DNA from: Erysipelotrichaceae bacterium
Lineage (GTDB): Bacteria; Bacillota_I; Bacilli_A; RFN20; CAG-826
Direction: 5' to 3'
NCBI GenBank assembly: GCA_015058945.1
Contig: SVBF01000011.1
Span: 12,527-76,526, forward strand
DNA: 64,000 nt
Position 1 is the stretch's first letter. The number at the start of each line of letters is the position of its first letter. This document shows, in pieces, positions 26,202-35,176 of the stretch. The notes beneath the pieces were generated by a model. It searched no databases, was not told the origin of the DNA, and saw only the letters and a list, made by a program, of their open reading frames with translations. Both the position numbers and the translations under genes were made by a program.

Positions 26202-26352
26202 ATAGTTCGTCAGTCTAAAGACTGCGAGTATTATAGAACAACAAATAAAGCAAAATCACGCACCAATCGCAAATTTTCCGCCAACTGACTGACTATTTAC
26301 TTTGTAAATAATGGTTGTGACGATTCCTTTGTTTCGCTAGGCGAATATAAGG

Positions 26353-26381
26353 TTGGCATTCGCCTTTATTCCCCTTACAAT
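26353..26381 (+). promoter_or_regulatory. Sigma-A-type promoter for plsY
   Basis: TTGGCA-N17-TACAAT, 24 nt upstream of the plsY ATG. Confidence 0.55.
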
Positions 26382-26405
26382 ATCCTCGTTGCCAGAGGAC
26401 ATGCT

Positions 26406-27155
26406 ATGAATATTTACTTAGTAAATATATTGGTCGCGGTGATCGTCGCCGTCGTCTCTTTCTTTTTCGGGTCGATCCCCACTGCCGTCATCATCGGCAA
26501 AGTTTTTTTCCATAAAGACCCCCGCGATTACGGCTCCAAAAACGCCGGCGGCACCAATTCCGCCCGTGTGTTCGGCAAAAAGATCGGCGTGCTCGTCATC
26601 GTCCTCGACATGATCAAGACCATCATCCCCTTCTACGTCACCTGGGCGGTCCTCACTTATTCGGGCTTAAACGGTTACATGCATTGGGACAACGGATATG
26701 ACGCCAGCGCCCTCTATTATTGGGGAGCGCCACTTTTCTGCGCCTTTGGCCATTGCTATAGTCCCTTCCTCCGCTTCAAAGGCGGCAAAGCCGTGGCTTG
26801 CTTCATGGGCATCAACGTCCTGACTTCGTGGATTGAGTTCTGCCTTTGCGGCTTCACCTACCTCGGCGTCGCCAAGAAATCCAAATACATCTCCCTCTCT
26901 TCCATCGTTGGGGCGATCGTCGGCAGCCTCGTCGCTTGGGTCGTTGCCATCATCGCCGTGACGGTTCCTTGGAATCCACACATCTTGACTTGGCTCATCA
27001 CCATCGACGAAGCCCCCTTCCTCGGCATCGAGTTCGCAATCGTCAATACAATCATGGGTATCCTGCTGATTGTCCGCCACCGAAGCAACATCCAAAGACT
27101 TCGCGCGGGCACGGAAGGAATCAATCCATTCTCCAAGGAATATTCTAGTAAATAA
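26406..27155 (+). CDS. plsY: Glycerol-3-phosphate acyltransferase PlsY
   Basis: FGSIPTAVIIGK and GSKNAGGTNSARVFGKK. It is a multi-pass membrane protein. Confidence 0.9.
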   Translation: MNIYLVNILVAVIVAVVSFFFGSIPTAVIIGKVFFHKDPRDYGSKNAGGTNSARVFGKKIGVLVIVLDMIKTIIPFYVTWAVLTYSGLNGYMHWDNGYDASALYYWGAPLFCAFGHCYSPFLRFKGGKAVACFMGINVLTSWIEFCLCGFTYLGVAKKSKYISLSSIVGAIVGSLVAWVVAIIAVTVPWNPHILTWLITIDEAPFLGIEFAIVNTIMGILLIVRHRSNIQRLRAGTEGINPFSKEYSSK

Positions 27156-27181
27156 TTAGTAGATTTTCCCCGTTGTTGAAA

Positions 27182-27214
27182 GTCCTGCGAAATCCGCGGG
27201 ACTTTTCATTTTCT
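27182..27214 (+). terminator. Rho-independent terminator after plsY
   Basis: GTCCTGCG-AAAT-CCGCGGGAC (with one G-U pair) followed by TTTTCATTTT. Confidence 0.75.
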
Positions 27215-27403
27215 TTCGATTGTGCCTTTGTTTATTATTGACAAAAATTTTGACATGTTGTTTTTGCCTCTATTTATCCGCAAAAAGAACTGAGCGGATT
27301 TTTATAAGGTCTATAGACCCCTACTTCTTGCGATTTCCGTCGCTTTAGCCATCGGTGTTCATGTCGACGTGAATTCAGGTGCTTACATGTTTGAAATTTC
27401 GTC

Positions 27404-27440
27404 AATAAAAAAGCCTTGGCTGGCTTTGCCAAGGCTTTGG
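27404..27440 (-). terminator. Terminator after the DAK2 gene (usable in both directions)
   Basis: AGCCTTGG..CCAAGGCT forms an 8-bp stem. It is flanked by AAAAAA on one side and TTTGGGTTTTG on the other. Confidence 0.75.
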
Positions 27441-27452
27441 GTTTTGTTTGCC

Positions 27453-29099
27453 TTACTCGACGGCGAGGACGAAGGGATAGATGGTCTGATGCCCTTCCAC
27501 TTCGATGAAGTCCATCAAGGGGTATTCCTCTTGGACGGCCTTGCGTAACGCGGCGCGATCCTCGTCTTTCGCGTCTTCGCCATAGAAGACGGTGATGATG
27601 GAACGTCCGTCGATGTCCTCGATTGAGCGCAGGAGCTTCATCGTGCAGCCAAGAAGCGTCTTGTCGACCGAACACATCTTGCCCTTGGAGATGCCGATAT
27701 AATCGCCCTGCTCCACCTTGAGGCCGTTATTGACCGAATCGCGGACAGCGATGCTTACCTCGGCTGAAACGGTGCCCTCGATCTGCTCTTTGATGAGCTC
27801 GAGGTTGCGTTCCAAGGTCTGATTCTCCAAATCGACCATGCCGAGGGCACTATAGCACTCGATGACCGACTTGGTCTCGATGACGATGACATTGACGCCA
27901 GCGACCATCTCCGCGGCTTGTTTGGCCGTGAGGATGACGTTGCCGTTATTGGGGAAGACGATGACGTTCTCCGCGTTGCAATTCTCGATGGCGTGGACGA
28001 AATCCTCCGCCGAGGGGTTCATCGTCTGACCGCCTTTGACGATCTGGTTGACGCCCATTTCGAGGAAGAGCTCCGCCAAAGGGGCGCTGGAGGCCACGGC
28101 GACCATGGCCAAGGGCTTCTTCGTCTGTTCCTCCTCAAGTTCTTTGAGAAGGACTTCCTGATGCTGGATGGACATGTTCTCCATCTTGAAGGTGACGAAC
28201 TCGCCATAACGCTGGGCGTATTCGATGACTTTGCCCGGCGTCTTGGTGTGGACGTGGACTTTGACGATGCCGTTGTTCTCGACGGCGACGATGGAATCGC
28301 CAAGGGTCGAATAATAATCGATCATGTCCTGAAGAACAAAGTTCTTGGGACCTTCGCGATCGTTGAGCAACTGCATGATGAACTCGGTGCAATAGCCGTA
28401 TTCGAGAACGCTGTCGGCGTTAAAAAGGATGTCCGCGTCGCCCGAGATGGCGTTGGAGGGTCCGTCGAAGAAGGAATCCTCGAGCTCTTCGCCCGTGAGG
28501 TGTTTATACATGCCCTCCATGATGGCGACGAGCCCCGCGCCGCCGCTATCGACGACGCCGGCTTCCTTAAGGACCGGCAAAAGATCGGGGGTCTTCTTCA
28601 AGGATGCGCGCATCTTGCGAAGCAAGGTGTGGAACAACTCCTCGAGGGAATGAAGCTCCTCGATGTGGTCGAGCGCGTAGGTGCAGCCTTCGCGCGCCAC
28701 GGTGAGGATCGTGCCTTCGACCGGCTTGATGACGGCTTTGTAGGCTTTGTTGACGCCAGAGCGGAGGGCGGAGGCGACCTGGGTGAGGTTCGCACTCTCA
28801 AGCCCGGCGAATCCATCCGCCACCCCAGCGAAGAATTGGCTGAGGATGACGCCGGAATTGCCACGGGCGCCAAGAAGCATGCCAGAGGCAAGCTTGCTCG
28901 CGACGTCGCTTAAATCGTCCATGTTGGCTTTTTCCATCGCCTTGATGCCGCCGTTCATGGTGGCGGTCATGTTGGTTCCGGTGTCGCCGTCAGGGACGGG
29001 GAAAACGTTGAGATCGTTGATACTGACGTATTGTAGTTTGATGGCTTTGTATCCGTTTTGGACCATCGCCGCGAAAGAATTACCGCGTAAAGTCTCCAT
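27453..29099 (-). CDS. yloV: DAK2-domain fusion protein (YloV family)
   Basis: ATG at 29099 (METLRGNSF) follows AGAAAGGA. FPVPDGDTGTNM is the DAK2 motif. The tracked start 29126 is a TTG. Confidence 0.88.
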   Translation of the reverse strand: METLRGNSFAAMVQNGYKAIKLQYVSINDLNVFPVPDGDTGTNMTATMNGGIKAMEKANMDDLSDVASKLASGMLLGARGNSGVILSQFFAGVADGFAGLESANLTQVASALRSGVNKAYKAVIKPVEGTILTVAREGCTYALDHIEELHSLEELFHTLLRKMRASLKKTPDLLPVLKEAGVVDSGGAGLVAIMEGMYKHLTGEELEDSFFDGPSNAISGDADILFNADSVLEYGYCTEFIMQLLNDREGPKNFVLQDMIDYYSTLGDSIVAVENNGIVKVHVHTKTPGKVIEYAQRYGEFVTFKMENMSIQHQEVLLKELEEEQTKKPLAMVAVASSAPLAELFLEMGVNQIVKGGQTMNPSAEDFVHAIENCNAENVIVFPNNGNVILTAKQAAEMVAGVNVIVIETKSVIECYSALGMVDLENQTLERNLELIKEQIEGTVSAEVSIAVRDSVNNGLKVEQGDYIGISKGKMCSVDKTLLGCTMKLLRSIEDIDGRSIITVFYGEDAKDEDRAALRKAVQEEYPLMDFIEVEGHQTIYPFVLAVE

Positions 29100-29141
29100 T
29101 GGATGGGTCCTTTCTGTTCCCGTCAACGACGGAGTTTATGG

Positions 29142-30032
29142 TTATTGGTTATTGGCGGCGACTTCTTTGCCGAAGACATAGACGCCGATGGTGCCCGGGC
29201 CGGTGGACGCGCCGACGATCGGACCGATGGGCCCGATGTAGATATTGACCCCGGGGGCGAGCTTTAGGATCTCGTCACGGACGAATTCGGCAGCTTTGAT
29301 GGCGTCGGCATGGCCGATGAAGATGGTCTTTCCCGTGAGGTCTTCGCCCGCTTCGACGGCGGCCTTGGCGAGATAAAGAAGGGATTGCTTGGTGCCCTTG
29401 ATCTTCTCGATGGCCAAGTTCTGTCCGAGGCGGTCGGAGATGAGGATCGGCTTCACGCCGAAGATGTTGCCAAAGAAGGCGCTGGTGGCGCTCACCCTGC
29501 CGGCGCGCTTGAGATAGAGCAAAGAATCGACGGTGGCGAACTGGTTGAACTTGAAGATGTTCAGGCTGAGCCAAGCCTCGATTTCGTCGAGGGTTTTGCC
29601 CTCTTTGCGCATCTTGGAGGCGATGATGGCCATCTCGCCTTGACCATAGCAAGAGATCTTGGAGTCGAAGACGACGATGCGGTTATTGGGGAATTCCTTG
29701 CGCAAGCCTAGCGCGACTTTCTCGCCCGCGAGGACGGAGGCGCTAAGTTTGCTGGAGCAGCCGATGTAAAGGATGTCGAAACCGTCCTTTAGCGCCGCAG
29801 TGAACTTCTCGACGAAGACATGGTCGGGAACCTGCGAGGTGAAGATGCGACGGCCTTCCCTCATGACGTCGTAGAACTGTTTGAGGGTGTAGCCTTGGTC
29901 ATAATCGAGTGAGGCGATGACTTCCTTATCGTCGACGGTGACGACCATCGGGCAATAGTCGATGTCGTATTTGTCACGGAGATCTTTGGGAAGATCGCCG
30001 GTGGAATCGATGAAAATCTTGATTTTGTTCAT
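29142..30032 (-). CDS. degV: DegV-family fatty-acid-binding protein
   Basis: The N-terminus KIFIDSTGDLPKDL is typical of DegV, and the length is 296 aa. Confidence 0.85.
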   Translation of the reverse strand: MNKIKIFIDSTGDLPKDLRDKYDIDYCPMVVTVDDKEVIASLDYDQGYTLKQFYDVMREGRRIFTSQVPDHVFVEKFTAALKDGFDILYIGCSSKLSASVLAGEKVALGLRKEFPNNRIVVFDSKISCYGQGEMAIIASKMRKEGKTLDEIEAWLSLNIFKFNQFATVDSLLYLKRAGRVSATSAFFGNIFGVKPILISDRLGQNLAIEKIKGTKQSLLYLAKAAVEAGEDLTGKTIFIGHADAIKAAEFVRDEILKLAPGVNIYIGPIGPIVGASTGPGTIGVYVFGKEVAANNQ

Positions 30033-30047
30033 TGTTGCTTTCCTGAA

Positions 30048-30284
30048 TTAAAGGTTATTGCTGTTCTTCATGTTCTTCATGACGGCACGGATCTGCGCCT
30101 CAGAAGGCTTGCGACCCATGGACATGAACATGGCGCGGATCATCTTCTCGTTGATCGGCGGGTTCTTCTCGAGTTCGCGCTTGATGAGCTTGCGCGCACC
30201 GAAGAAACCGGCGACCGCTCCGAGGATAAGGGCGCCGATGACGAGGCCAAACCAGCCGCCGTCCCAGCTCATGAGGACCATCAT
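30048..30284 (-). CDS. yneF: UPF0154 small membrane protein (YneF family)
   Basis: One TM helix, then NPPINEKMIRAMFMSMGRKPSEAQIRAVM. The start overlaps the efp stop (TAATG). Confidence 0.8.
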   Translation of the reverse strand: MMVLMSWDGGWFGLVIGALILGAVAGFFGARKLIKRELEKNPPINEKMIRAMFMSMGRKPSEAQIRAVMKNMKNSNNL

Positions 30285-30844
30285 TAGGCCCTCCCGTCGT
30301 ACTTACCGGTCGCGGTGTCGACGGAGATCTTGTCGCCCTGGTTGATGAAGAGGGGGACGCGGAGCTTCATGCCGGACTCGAGGGTCGCGTCTTTGGAGCC
30401 ACCGTTGGAAACGGTGTCGCCACGGACGCCCGGCTCGCATTCGATGACGGTCAGGACGACCTTCGCGGGAAGGGTGACGTCGAGGATTTCGCCCTCATAG
30501 GACATGATGGTGACTTCGGCGTTGGGGGCGAGGAAGGGAATGATGTCCTCATAGGTGGCCTTGGAAAGCTCGACCTGTTCGTAGGTGTTGCCGTCCATGA
30601 AGACGAGGGTCTCGCCGGAGTCATAGAGGTACTGCATGGTGGCCTTGTCGACGCGGATGTCTTCCACGCCATAGCCGGAGTTGCGGGCGAGCTCGGTGAT
30701 CGCGCCGGTGCGAAGGTTCTTGACCTTGACCTTGGCGACCATCTTACGCATGGCGGTCTTGTTGAGCAGGATGTCGATGACGCGATAGAGGTTGTTCTCA
30801 TCGATGAAGTAGTTTCCCGGACGGAGTTCGGTAACGTTGATCAT
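30284..30844 (-). CDS. efp: Elongation factor P
   Basis: MINVTELRPGNYFIDENNLYRVID with 186 aa. AAGGAGAAAAAA lies upstream. Confidence 0.95.
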   Translation of the reverse strand: MINVTELRPGNYFIDENNLYRVIDILLNKTAMRKMVAKVKVKNLRTGAITELARNSGYGVEDIRVDKATMQYLYDSGETLVFMDGNTYEQVELSKATYEDIIPFLAPNAEVTIMSYEGEILDVTLPAKVVLTVIECEPGVRGDTVSNGGSKDATLESGMKLRVPLFINQGDKISVDTATGKYDGRA

Positions 30845-30923
30845 AAGTTTTTTCTCCTTAAGTGAATTTACGCTTATTGCGCGTTGGCATTATACACCCT
30901 TACGCCCACGCGCGAAAGACAGA

Positions 30924-30951
30924 TAAAAAAGCGCCGCGGCTAAGGCGGCGC
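30924..30951 (-). terminator. Rho-independent terminator upstream of the efp promoter region
   Basis: The minus strand reads GCGCCGC-CTTAGCC-GCGGCGC followed by TTTTTT. Confidence 0.8.
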
Positions 30952-30966
30952 ATGGGTGGTTTTGGA

Positions 30967-31356
30967 TCAGACCAAGAGGAAGCCGATGAAGTAGGCGATC
31001 GGCAAGGCGAAGCCACCGAGGAAGTCCCAGAAGAGCTGCCAGCTGAAGGGCGTGCCGGATTGGATGACGCCGACGAGGGCGATGACGACCGGGATGATGA
31101 GAATGATCGCCGAGAGGGCGAGCTTGAACGATTTCCTGCCCGCGATGCAGCCGATGAGGGCCGATAAGGCGGCGATGAGGAACAAAATCGCCCCGATGAA
31201 GGTCATCAACAGGTTGAGCGAGGGATCGTTCATGGCCCAGGTGATGGTCCAATGGATGCCGTTAAGGGAATTGATCGACTGAATGAGGTTCGGGATGCCG
31301 CGGACGGCCATGAGGACGCCCGTGATACCTAAGATGATGCGCCCGATGAGTTTCAT
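30967..31356 (-). CDS. Hypothetical integral membrane protein
   Basis: 129 aa with four hydrophobic segments. I recognise no family motif. Confidence 0.55.
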   Translation of the reverse strand: MKLIGRIILGITGVLMAVRGIPNLIQSINSLNGIHWTITWAMNDPSLNLLMTFIGAILFLIAALSALIGCIAGRKSFKLALSAIILIIPVVIALVGVIQSGTPFSWQLFWDFLGGFALPIAYFIGFLLV

Positions 31357-31362
31357 GTTTTT

Positions 31363-32229
31363 TTACTCTTGGATATAGGCTTTGTAGGAAGTGACGCCGG
31401 TGAGGACCTCACCATCGATTTGGAGGCCGCAAGGACGGTCGAAGGAGACTTCGATGACCTTGCCCTGCTCGAGGTAGACGGACTTTTTCTTCTTCACGTG
31501 GGTGCCCTTGAAGAGCTTCGGGAAGAGGAGAAGGGTGCCGAGTTTGCCACGGCCATGAATGCAGGCGAGGGTGAGTTTTCCGCTATTGCGGACTTGTCCC
31601 GGGGCGATCATCATGCCACCGCCATAGAAGCGGCCGTTCATCGCCGAGGCGAGGTAGGCTTTCTTCATGACGATCGGCTCTTTGCCATCGATGACGATGG
31701 TCGCGGTCGGTGGGACATAGGGTCCCATGAGCAAGCCGATGGTGATGTTGCCGTAGTTGATGTTCTTTTCGCCCGCGGCCTTCATTTCCTCGGCCTTGAC
31801 GCAGCATTCGCCGTCGATGCCGAAGCCGATGCCGTTGACGAAGCGGTACTTCTTGCCCTGGACCTCGACGATCGGGAGGTTGGAGACGAAGGAATTGATG
31901 CGGTAGATCCCGAGGTTTTGGTCTTTGGATTCCTCGGGGAGGTCGCGCTGGAAGTCGTTGCCGGTGCCGGTGGGATAGAGGTAGAGCGGGCAAGAGATCT
32001 TCTCGTCGCCGATGTTGTTGACGAAATGGTTGAGGGTGCCATCGCCGCCGAAGATGACGACGTTGTCCTTCTCCTCGCACTTAGCGAAGAATTCCTTGGT
32101 GTCGAGTCCGATGAGGGATATCATCTCCCCCACTTCGAACCCTTTGCCCTTAAGTTCTTCCGCGACGCGGTTTGCGTTGGCGGCGCCTTCGCCGGCGTCG
32201 GCCAACTCATTGAAAAGCAAATAATTCAT
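31363..32229 (-). CDS. Diacylglycerol/lipid kinase family protein (DagK/YegS-like)
   Basis: VVIFGGDGTLNHFVN is the DAGK catalytic-domain motif; length is 288 aa. Confidence 0.8.
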   Translation of the reverse strand: MNYLLFNELADAGEGAANANRVAEELKGKGFEVGEMISLIGLDTKEFFAKCEEKDNVVIFGGDGTLNHFVNNIGDEKISCPLYLYPTGTGNDFQRDLPEESKDQNLGIYRINSFVSNLPIVEVQGKKYRFVNGIGFGIDGECCVKAEEMKAAGEKNINYGNITIGLLMGPYVPPTATIVIDGKEPIVMKKAYLASAMNGRFYGGGMMIAPGQVRNSGKLTLACIHGRGKLGTLLLFPKLFKGTHVKKKKSVYLEQGKVIEVSFDRPCGLQIDGEVLTGVTSYKAYIQE

Positions 32230-32256
32230 AGATTTTCCCCTATAGTCGTACGCTGA

Positions 32257-32946
32257 TTATCTTATCAAAGTAAGATACGGATTAAAATGTTTCTCTTGAC
32301 CGATCGTCGTGGTCGGCCCATGGCCCGGGTAGACCTTGGTGTCTTCGGGCAAGGCGAGGATTTTGCGGAGGGAGGCCTCAAAGAGTTTTGGCTTAGCGCC
32401 GGGCAGATCCATCCGCCCCACGCCGAGATGAAAGAGGGTGTCGCCGCTAAAGAGGGCTTTTTCCTCCGCGACGTAATAGCAGCAGGATCCGGCGGTATGA
32501 AAGGGCGTGTGGATCACCTTGACGAGATGGCCACCCAGGACTTTTTCCTGCCCATCCGGTCCCTTGAGACGTCTCGCGGCGAGCAGGATCTCGTCCTCGT
32601 CCTCGCAGAGATATAACGGAAGCTCCTGATTTAAGACGAAGGGTTTCCCGAATAACGAAGACGAGGCGTTTAGCTTTGGATCGCGGAGACAAGGTTCGTC
32701 CTCTTGGTGGATGACGACTTTGGTGCCCTCCTTCACCCGCAGCTCATTGAGCCCGCCGATATGGTCGACGTGGCCGTGGGTGATGAAGATGCCGGCGATG
32801 AAGGGATGGTGGCGGGAACAATATTCCTCGACGCGGTGGTTTTGGTCGTCGCCGAAATCGAAAACGATCGCGGGCTCCCCCTCGTCTCCGAGGACATAGG
32901 TATTGCCTTCGTTTCCGCCGTAATGAAGCTTGATGATGCGTGCCAT
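32257..32946 (-). CDS. MBL-fold metallo-hydrolase
   Basis: ATG at 32946 gives MARIIKLHYGGNEGNTYVL. THGHVDHIGG is the HxHxDH motif. The upstream extension of the tracked ORF lies over rpmG in another frame. Confidence 0.8.
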   Translation of the reverse strand: MARIIKLHYGGNEGNTYVLGDEGEPAIVFDFGDDQNHRVEEYCSRHHPFIAGIFITHGHVDHIGGLNELRVKEGTKVVIHQEDEPCLRDPKLNASSSLFGKPFVLNQELPLYLCEDEDEILLAARRLKGPDGQEKVLGGHLVKVIHTPFHTAGSCCYYVAEEKALFSGDTLFHLGVGRMDLPGAKPKLFEASLRKILALPEDTKVYPGHGPTTTIGQEKHFNPYLTLIR

Positions 32947-32949
32947 GAT

Positions 32950-32972
32950 AAACGAAAAGGCCCTTGCGGGCC
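32950..32972 (-). terminator. Hairpin/terminator between rpmG and the MBL hydrolase gene
   Basis: The minus strand reads GGCCC-GCAA-GGGCC followed by TTTTCGTTT, ending 4 nt before the MBL ATG. Confidence 0.5.
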
Positions 32973-32989
32973 GTAAAGGTGATAAAACC

Positions 32990-33148
32990 TTACTTCTTTT
33001 CCTTGTGGAGGGTCTTCTTCCTGCAATGCGGGCAGTATTTGAGGATCTCCATCTTCGCGGGATGGGTCTTTTTGTTACGGGTGGTGAAATAATTTTCGTT
33101 GCCGCATTCACTGCATTTGAGGATCGCTTGATCACGTTTTCCAGCCAT
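32990..33148 (-). CDS. rpmG: 50S ribosomal protein L33 (zinc-binding form)
   Basis: This ORF is not in the ORF track (52 aa). My own translation is [52 protein letters not shown], which has the CxxC...CxxC and HKE signature. Confidence 0.9.
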   Translation of the reverse strand: MAGKRDQAILKCSECGNENYFTTRNKKTHPAKMEILKYCPHCRKKTLHKEKK

Positions 33149-33245
33149 AGTTTTGTCTCACTTCCTTTTGTAGCGCGGAAATCTTAGCACACGCCTAAAC
33201 ATATTTCCACAAGGAAAAAGTCGGCTTACGCGCTAAAATCTAGGT

Positions 33246-34295
33246 ATGCCAAATCGTCAGTCCACCCGTCCCGTCCATCTCGGCGACCTACAACTCGGAG
33301 GCCAAAAGGACGTCATCATCCAAAGCATGTGCTCCATCAAGACGAGCCGCGTCGCGGAAGTGTCCGCCCAAATCAACCGCTGCGCCGCCCTCGGCGCGAA
33401 AATCATGCGCCTCTCTTGCCTCGACATGGACGACGCCAAAGCCTTCGCCGAAATCAAGAAAAGGGTATCCATCCCCTTGGTCGCGGACATCCACTTCGAC
33501 CACCGCCTGGCCCTCACCGCCATCGCTAGCGGCGTCGATGCCGTCCGCATCAACCCGGGCAACATCGGCGACGAATCCAAGATCGCCGAAGTCGTCGATG
33601 CCTGCAAGGCCCATAAAGTCCCCATCCGCATCGGCGTCAATTCGGGTTCGCTCGACAAAGACTTCGTCGTCGGCAAGGAAATCGTCCGTTCCGAGGCCCT
33701 CGTCGCCTCCGCCAAGAAACATGTGGATATCCTCGAGCGCATGGGCTTTCATGACATCGTCATCTCCCTCAAAGGTTCCAGCGTCCTCGAGACCATCGAG
33801 GCCTATCGCCTCGCCGCGAAGACCTTTCCCTACCCCCTCCACCTCGGCGTGACCGAGGCCGGCGTCAAGGAAGTCGGTTTGCTCCGCTCCAGCGCCGCAC
33901 TTTCCCCGCTTCTTCTCGAAGGCATCGGCGACACCATCCGCATCTCCCTCACCGAGGATCCCGAAGAGGAAGTCAAGGCCTGCTGCCGCTTGCTCCATGA
34001 CCTCGGCCTAAAAGAGGATTATCCCACCTTCATCTCCTGCCCGACCTGCGGACGCACCGCGGTAGACCTGATTCCCCTCGCTCACCGCGTCCAGGAATAC
34101 CTTGAGGAACATCATATCGTCAAAACCGTCGCCGTCATGGGCTGCGTCGTCAATGGCCCCGGCGAAGCGCGCCACGCCGACTTCGGCCTAGCCGGAGGCA
34201 AAGGGTCCTGGGTGCTCTTCCGCAAGGGTGAGGTCCTCAAGACCGTGGACGAAAAAGACGCCTTCGACGAACTTATCGCCCTGCTCCAAGAATAA
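33246..34295 (+). CDS. ispG: 4-hydroxy-3-methylbut-2-enyl diphosphate synthase
   Basis: IIQSMCSIKT, LVADIHFDHRLAL and CPTCGRT (Fe-S ligands). Confidence 0.93.
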   Translation: MPNRQSTRPVHLGDLQLGGQKDVIIQSMCSIKTSRVAEVSAQINRCAALGAKIMRLSCLDMDDAKAFAEIKKRVSIPLVADIHFDHRLALTAIASGVDAVRINPGNIGDESKIAEVVDACKAHKVPIRIGVNSGSLDKDFVVGKEIVRSEALVASAKKHVDILERMGFHDIVISLKGSSVLETIEAYRLAAKTFPYPLHLGVTEAGVKEVGLLRSSAALSPLLLEGIGDTIRISLTEDPEEEVKACCRLLHDLGLKEDYPTFISCPTCGRTAVDLIPLAHRVQEYLEEHHIVKTVAVMGCVVNGPGEARHADFGLAGGKGSWVLFRKGEVLKTVDEKDAFDELIALLQE

Positions 34296-34321
34296 AGAGG
34301 CCAGCCCGGCCTCTCTTTTTA
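34296..34321. terminator. Bidirectional terminator between ispG and nfo
   Basis: AGAGGCC-AGCCC-GGCCTCT followed by CTTTTT. It lies between convergent genes. Confidence 0.75.
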
Positions 34322-35176
34322 TCCGATCATCTCGCCTTTTCGTAGCGCGGCGATTTCCTCTTTATAAGGTGGCTTGCCGTCGATCCAAGGCGTCTCCAAG
34401 ATGATGGGGATCTCGTCCAAGCGACTTAGATGGGCGAAGCGGTATAGTTTCTCAAACCCGATCTCGCCCTTGCCAAGGTTCGCATGTCTGTCTTTATGCG
34501 CCCCGCGGACGTTTTTGGAATCGTTGAGGTGGACGACCTTGAGGCGGTCTAAGCCGATGAGGCGGTCGAATTCGTCGAGTAGCCCCTCAGGGTCGCTTAG
34601 GTCATAGCCCGCGTCATGGACGTGGCAGGTATCCAGACATACCCCGACCCGGTGCTTAAGGGGGAAACGTTCGAAGAAATCACGAAAGAACTCGAAGGTC
34701 CTGCCGATTTCGCTGCCTTTGCCCGCCATGGTCTCGAGGGCGATGGTCACGTCGGTGCCGTCTTCGTTCAAGACTTCGGTCAGGCCTTCGATTAGCGCGG
34801 AAAGCCCCTCTTCGTCCCCTTGGCCCACGTGGGCGCCGGGATGGAGGACGAGCCACTTGGCCCCAAAGGCGGCGGAACGGCATAGTTCCTCCTTGAGGAA
34901 ATCCTTCGCGAAGGCAAAGGCCTCCGGCTTGGTGCGGTTGGCCAGGTTGATGATATAGGGCGCGTGGATGACGACGTGATCGAGGGAGTTACCGGCAGAG
35001 AGCCATTTGGCCTTACCCTCCTCGATGCGTAGCTCGGCGATATCTTTGCGGAGCGTGTTTTGCGGCGCGCCGGTATAGAGCATGAGGGCGGTGGCACCAT
35101 AGGAAAGCGCCTCGTTCACCGAGCCGAGGAAATAGTCCGGGGAGGATAAGCCGACGTGGGAGCCGAGGTATTTCAT
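34319..35176 (-). CDS. nfo: Endonuclease IV
   Basis: HAPYIINLAN, VLHPGAHVG and LETMAGKGSE are TIM-barrel AP-endonuclease motifs. Confidence 0.92.
   Translation of the reverse strand: MKYLGSHVGLSSPDYFLGSVNEALSYGATALMLYTGAPQNTLRKDIAELRIEEGKAKWLSAGNSLDHVVIHAPYIINLANRTKPEAFAFAKDFLKEELCRSAAFGAKWLVLHPGAHVGQGDEEGLSALIEGLTEVLNEDGTDVTIALETMAGKGSEIGRTFEFFRDFFERFPLKHRVGVCLDTCHVHDAGYDLSDPEGLLDEFDRLIGLDRLKVVHLNDSKNVRGAHKDRHANLGKGEIGFEKLYRFAHLSRLDEIPIILETPWIDGKPPYKEEIAALRKGEMIG

Noticed and set aside
26339-26365. The inverted repeat AGGCGAAT..ATTCGCCT overlapping the plsY -35 box, considered as a terminator or operator.
   Set aside because: No upstream plus-strand gene needs a terminator here, and there is only one copy. 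I cannot distinguish an operator from chance, so it is left unannotated.
32947-33135. N-terminal extension of the MBL-hydrolase ORF (tracked start 33135).
   Set aside because: The extension runs across rpmG in a different frame and through the hairpin after rpmG. The MBL fold begins at MARIIKLHYGG (32946).
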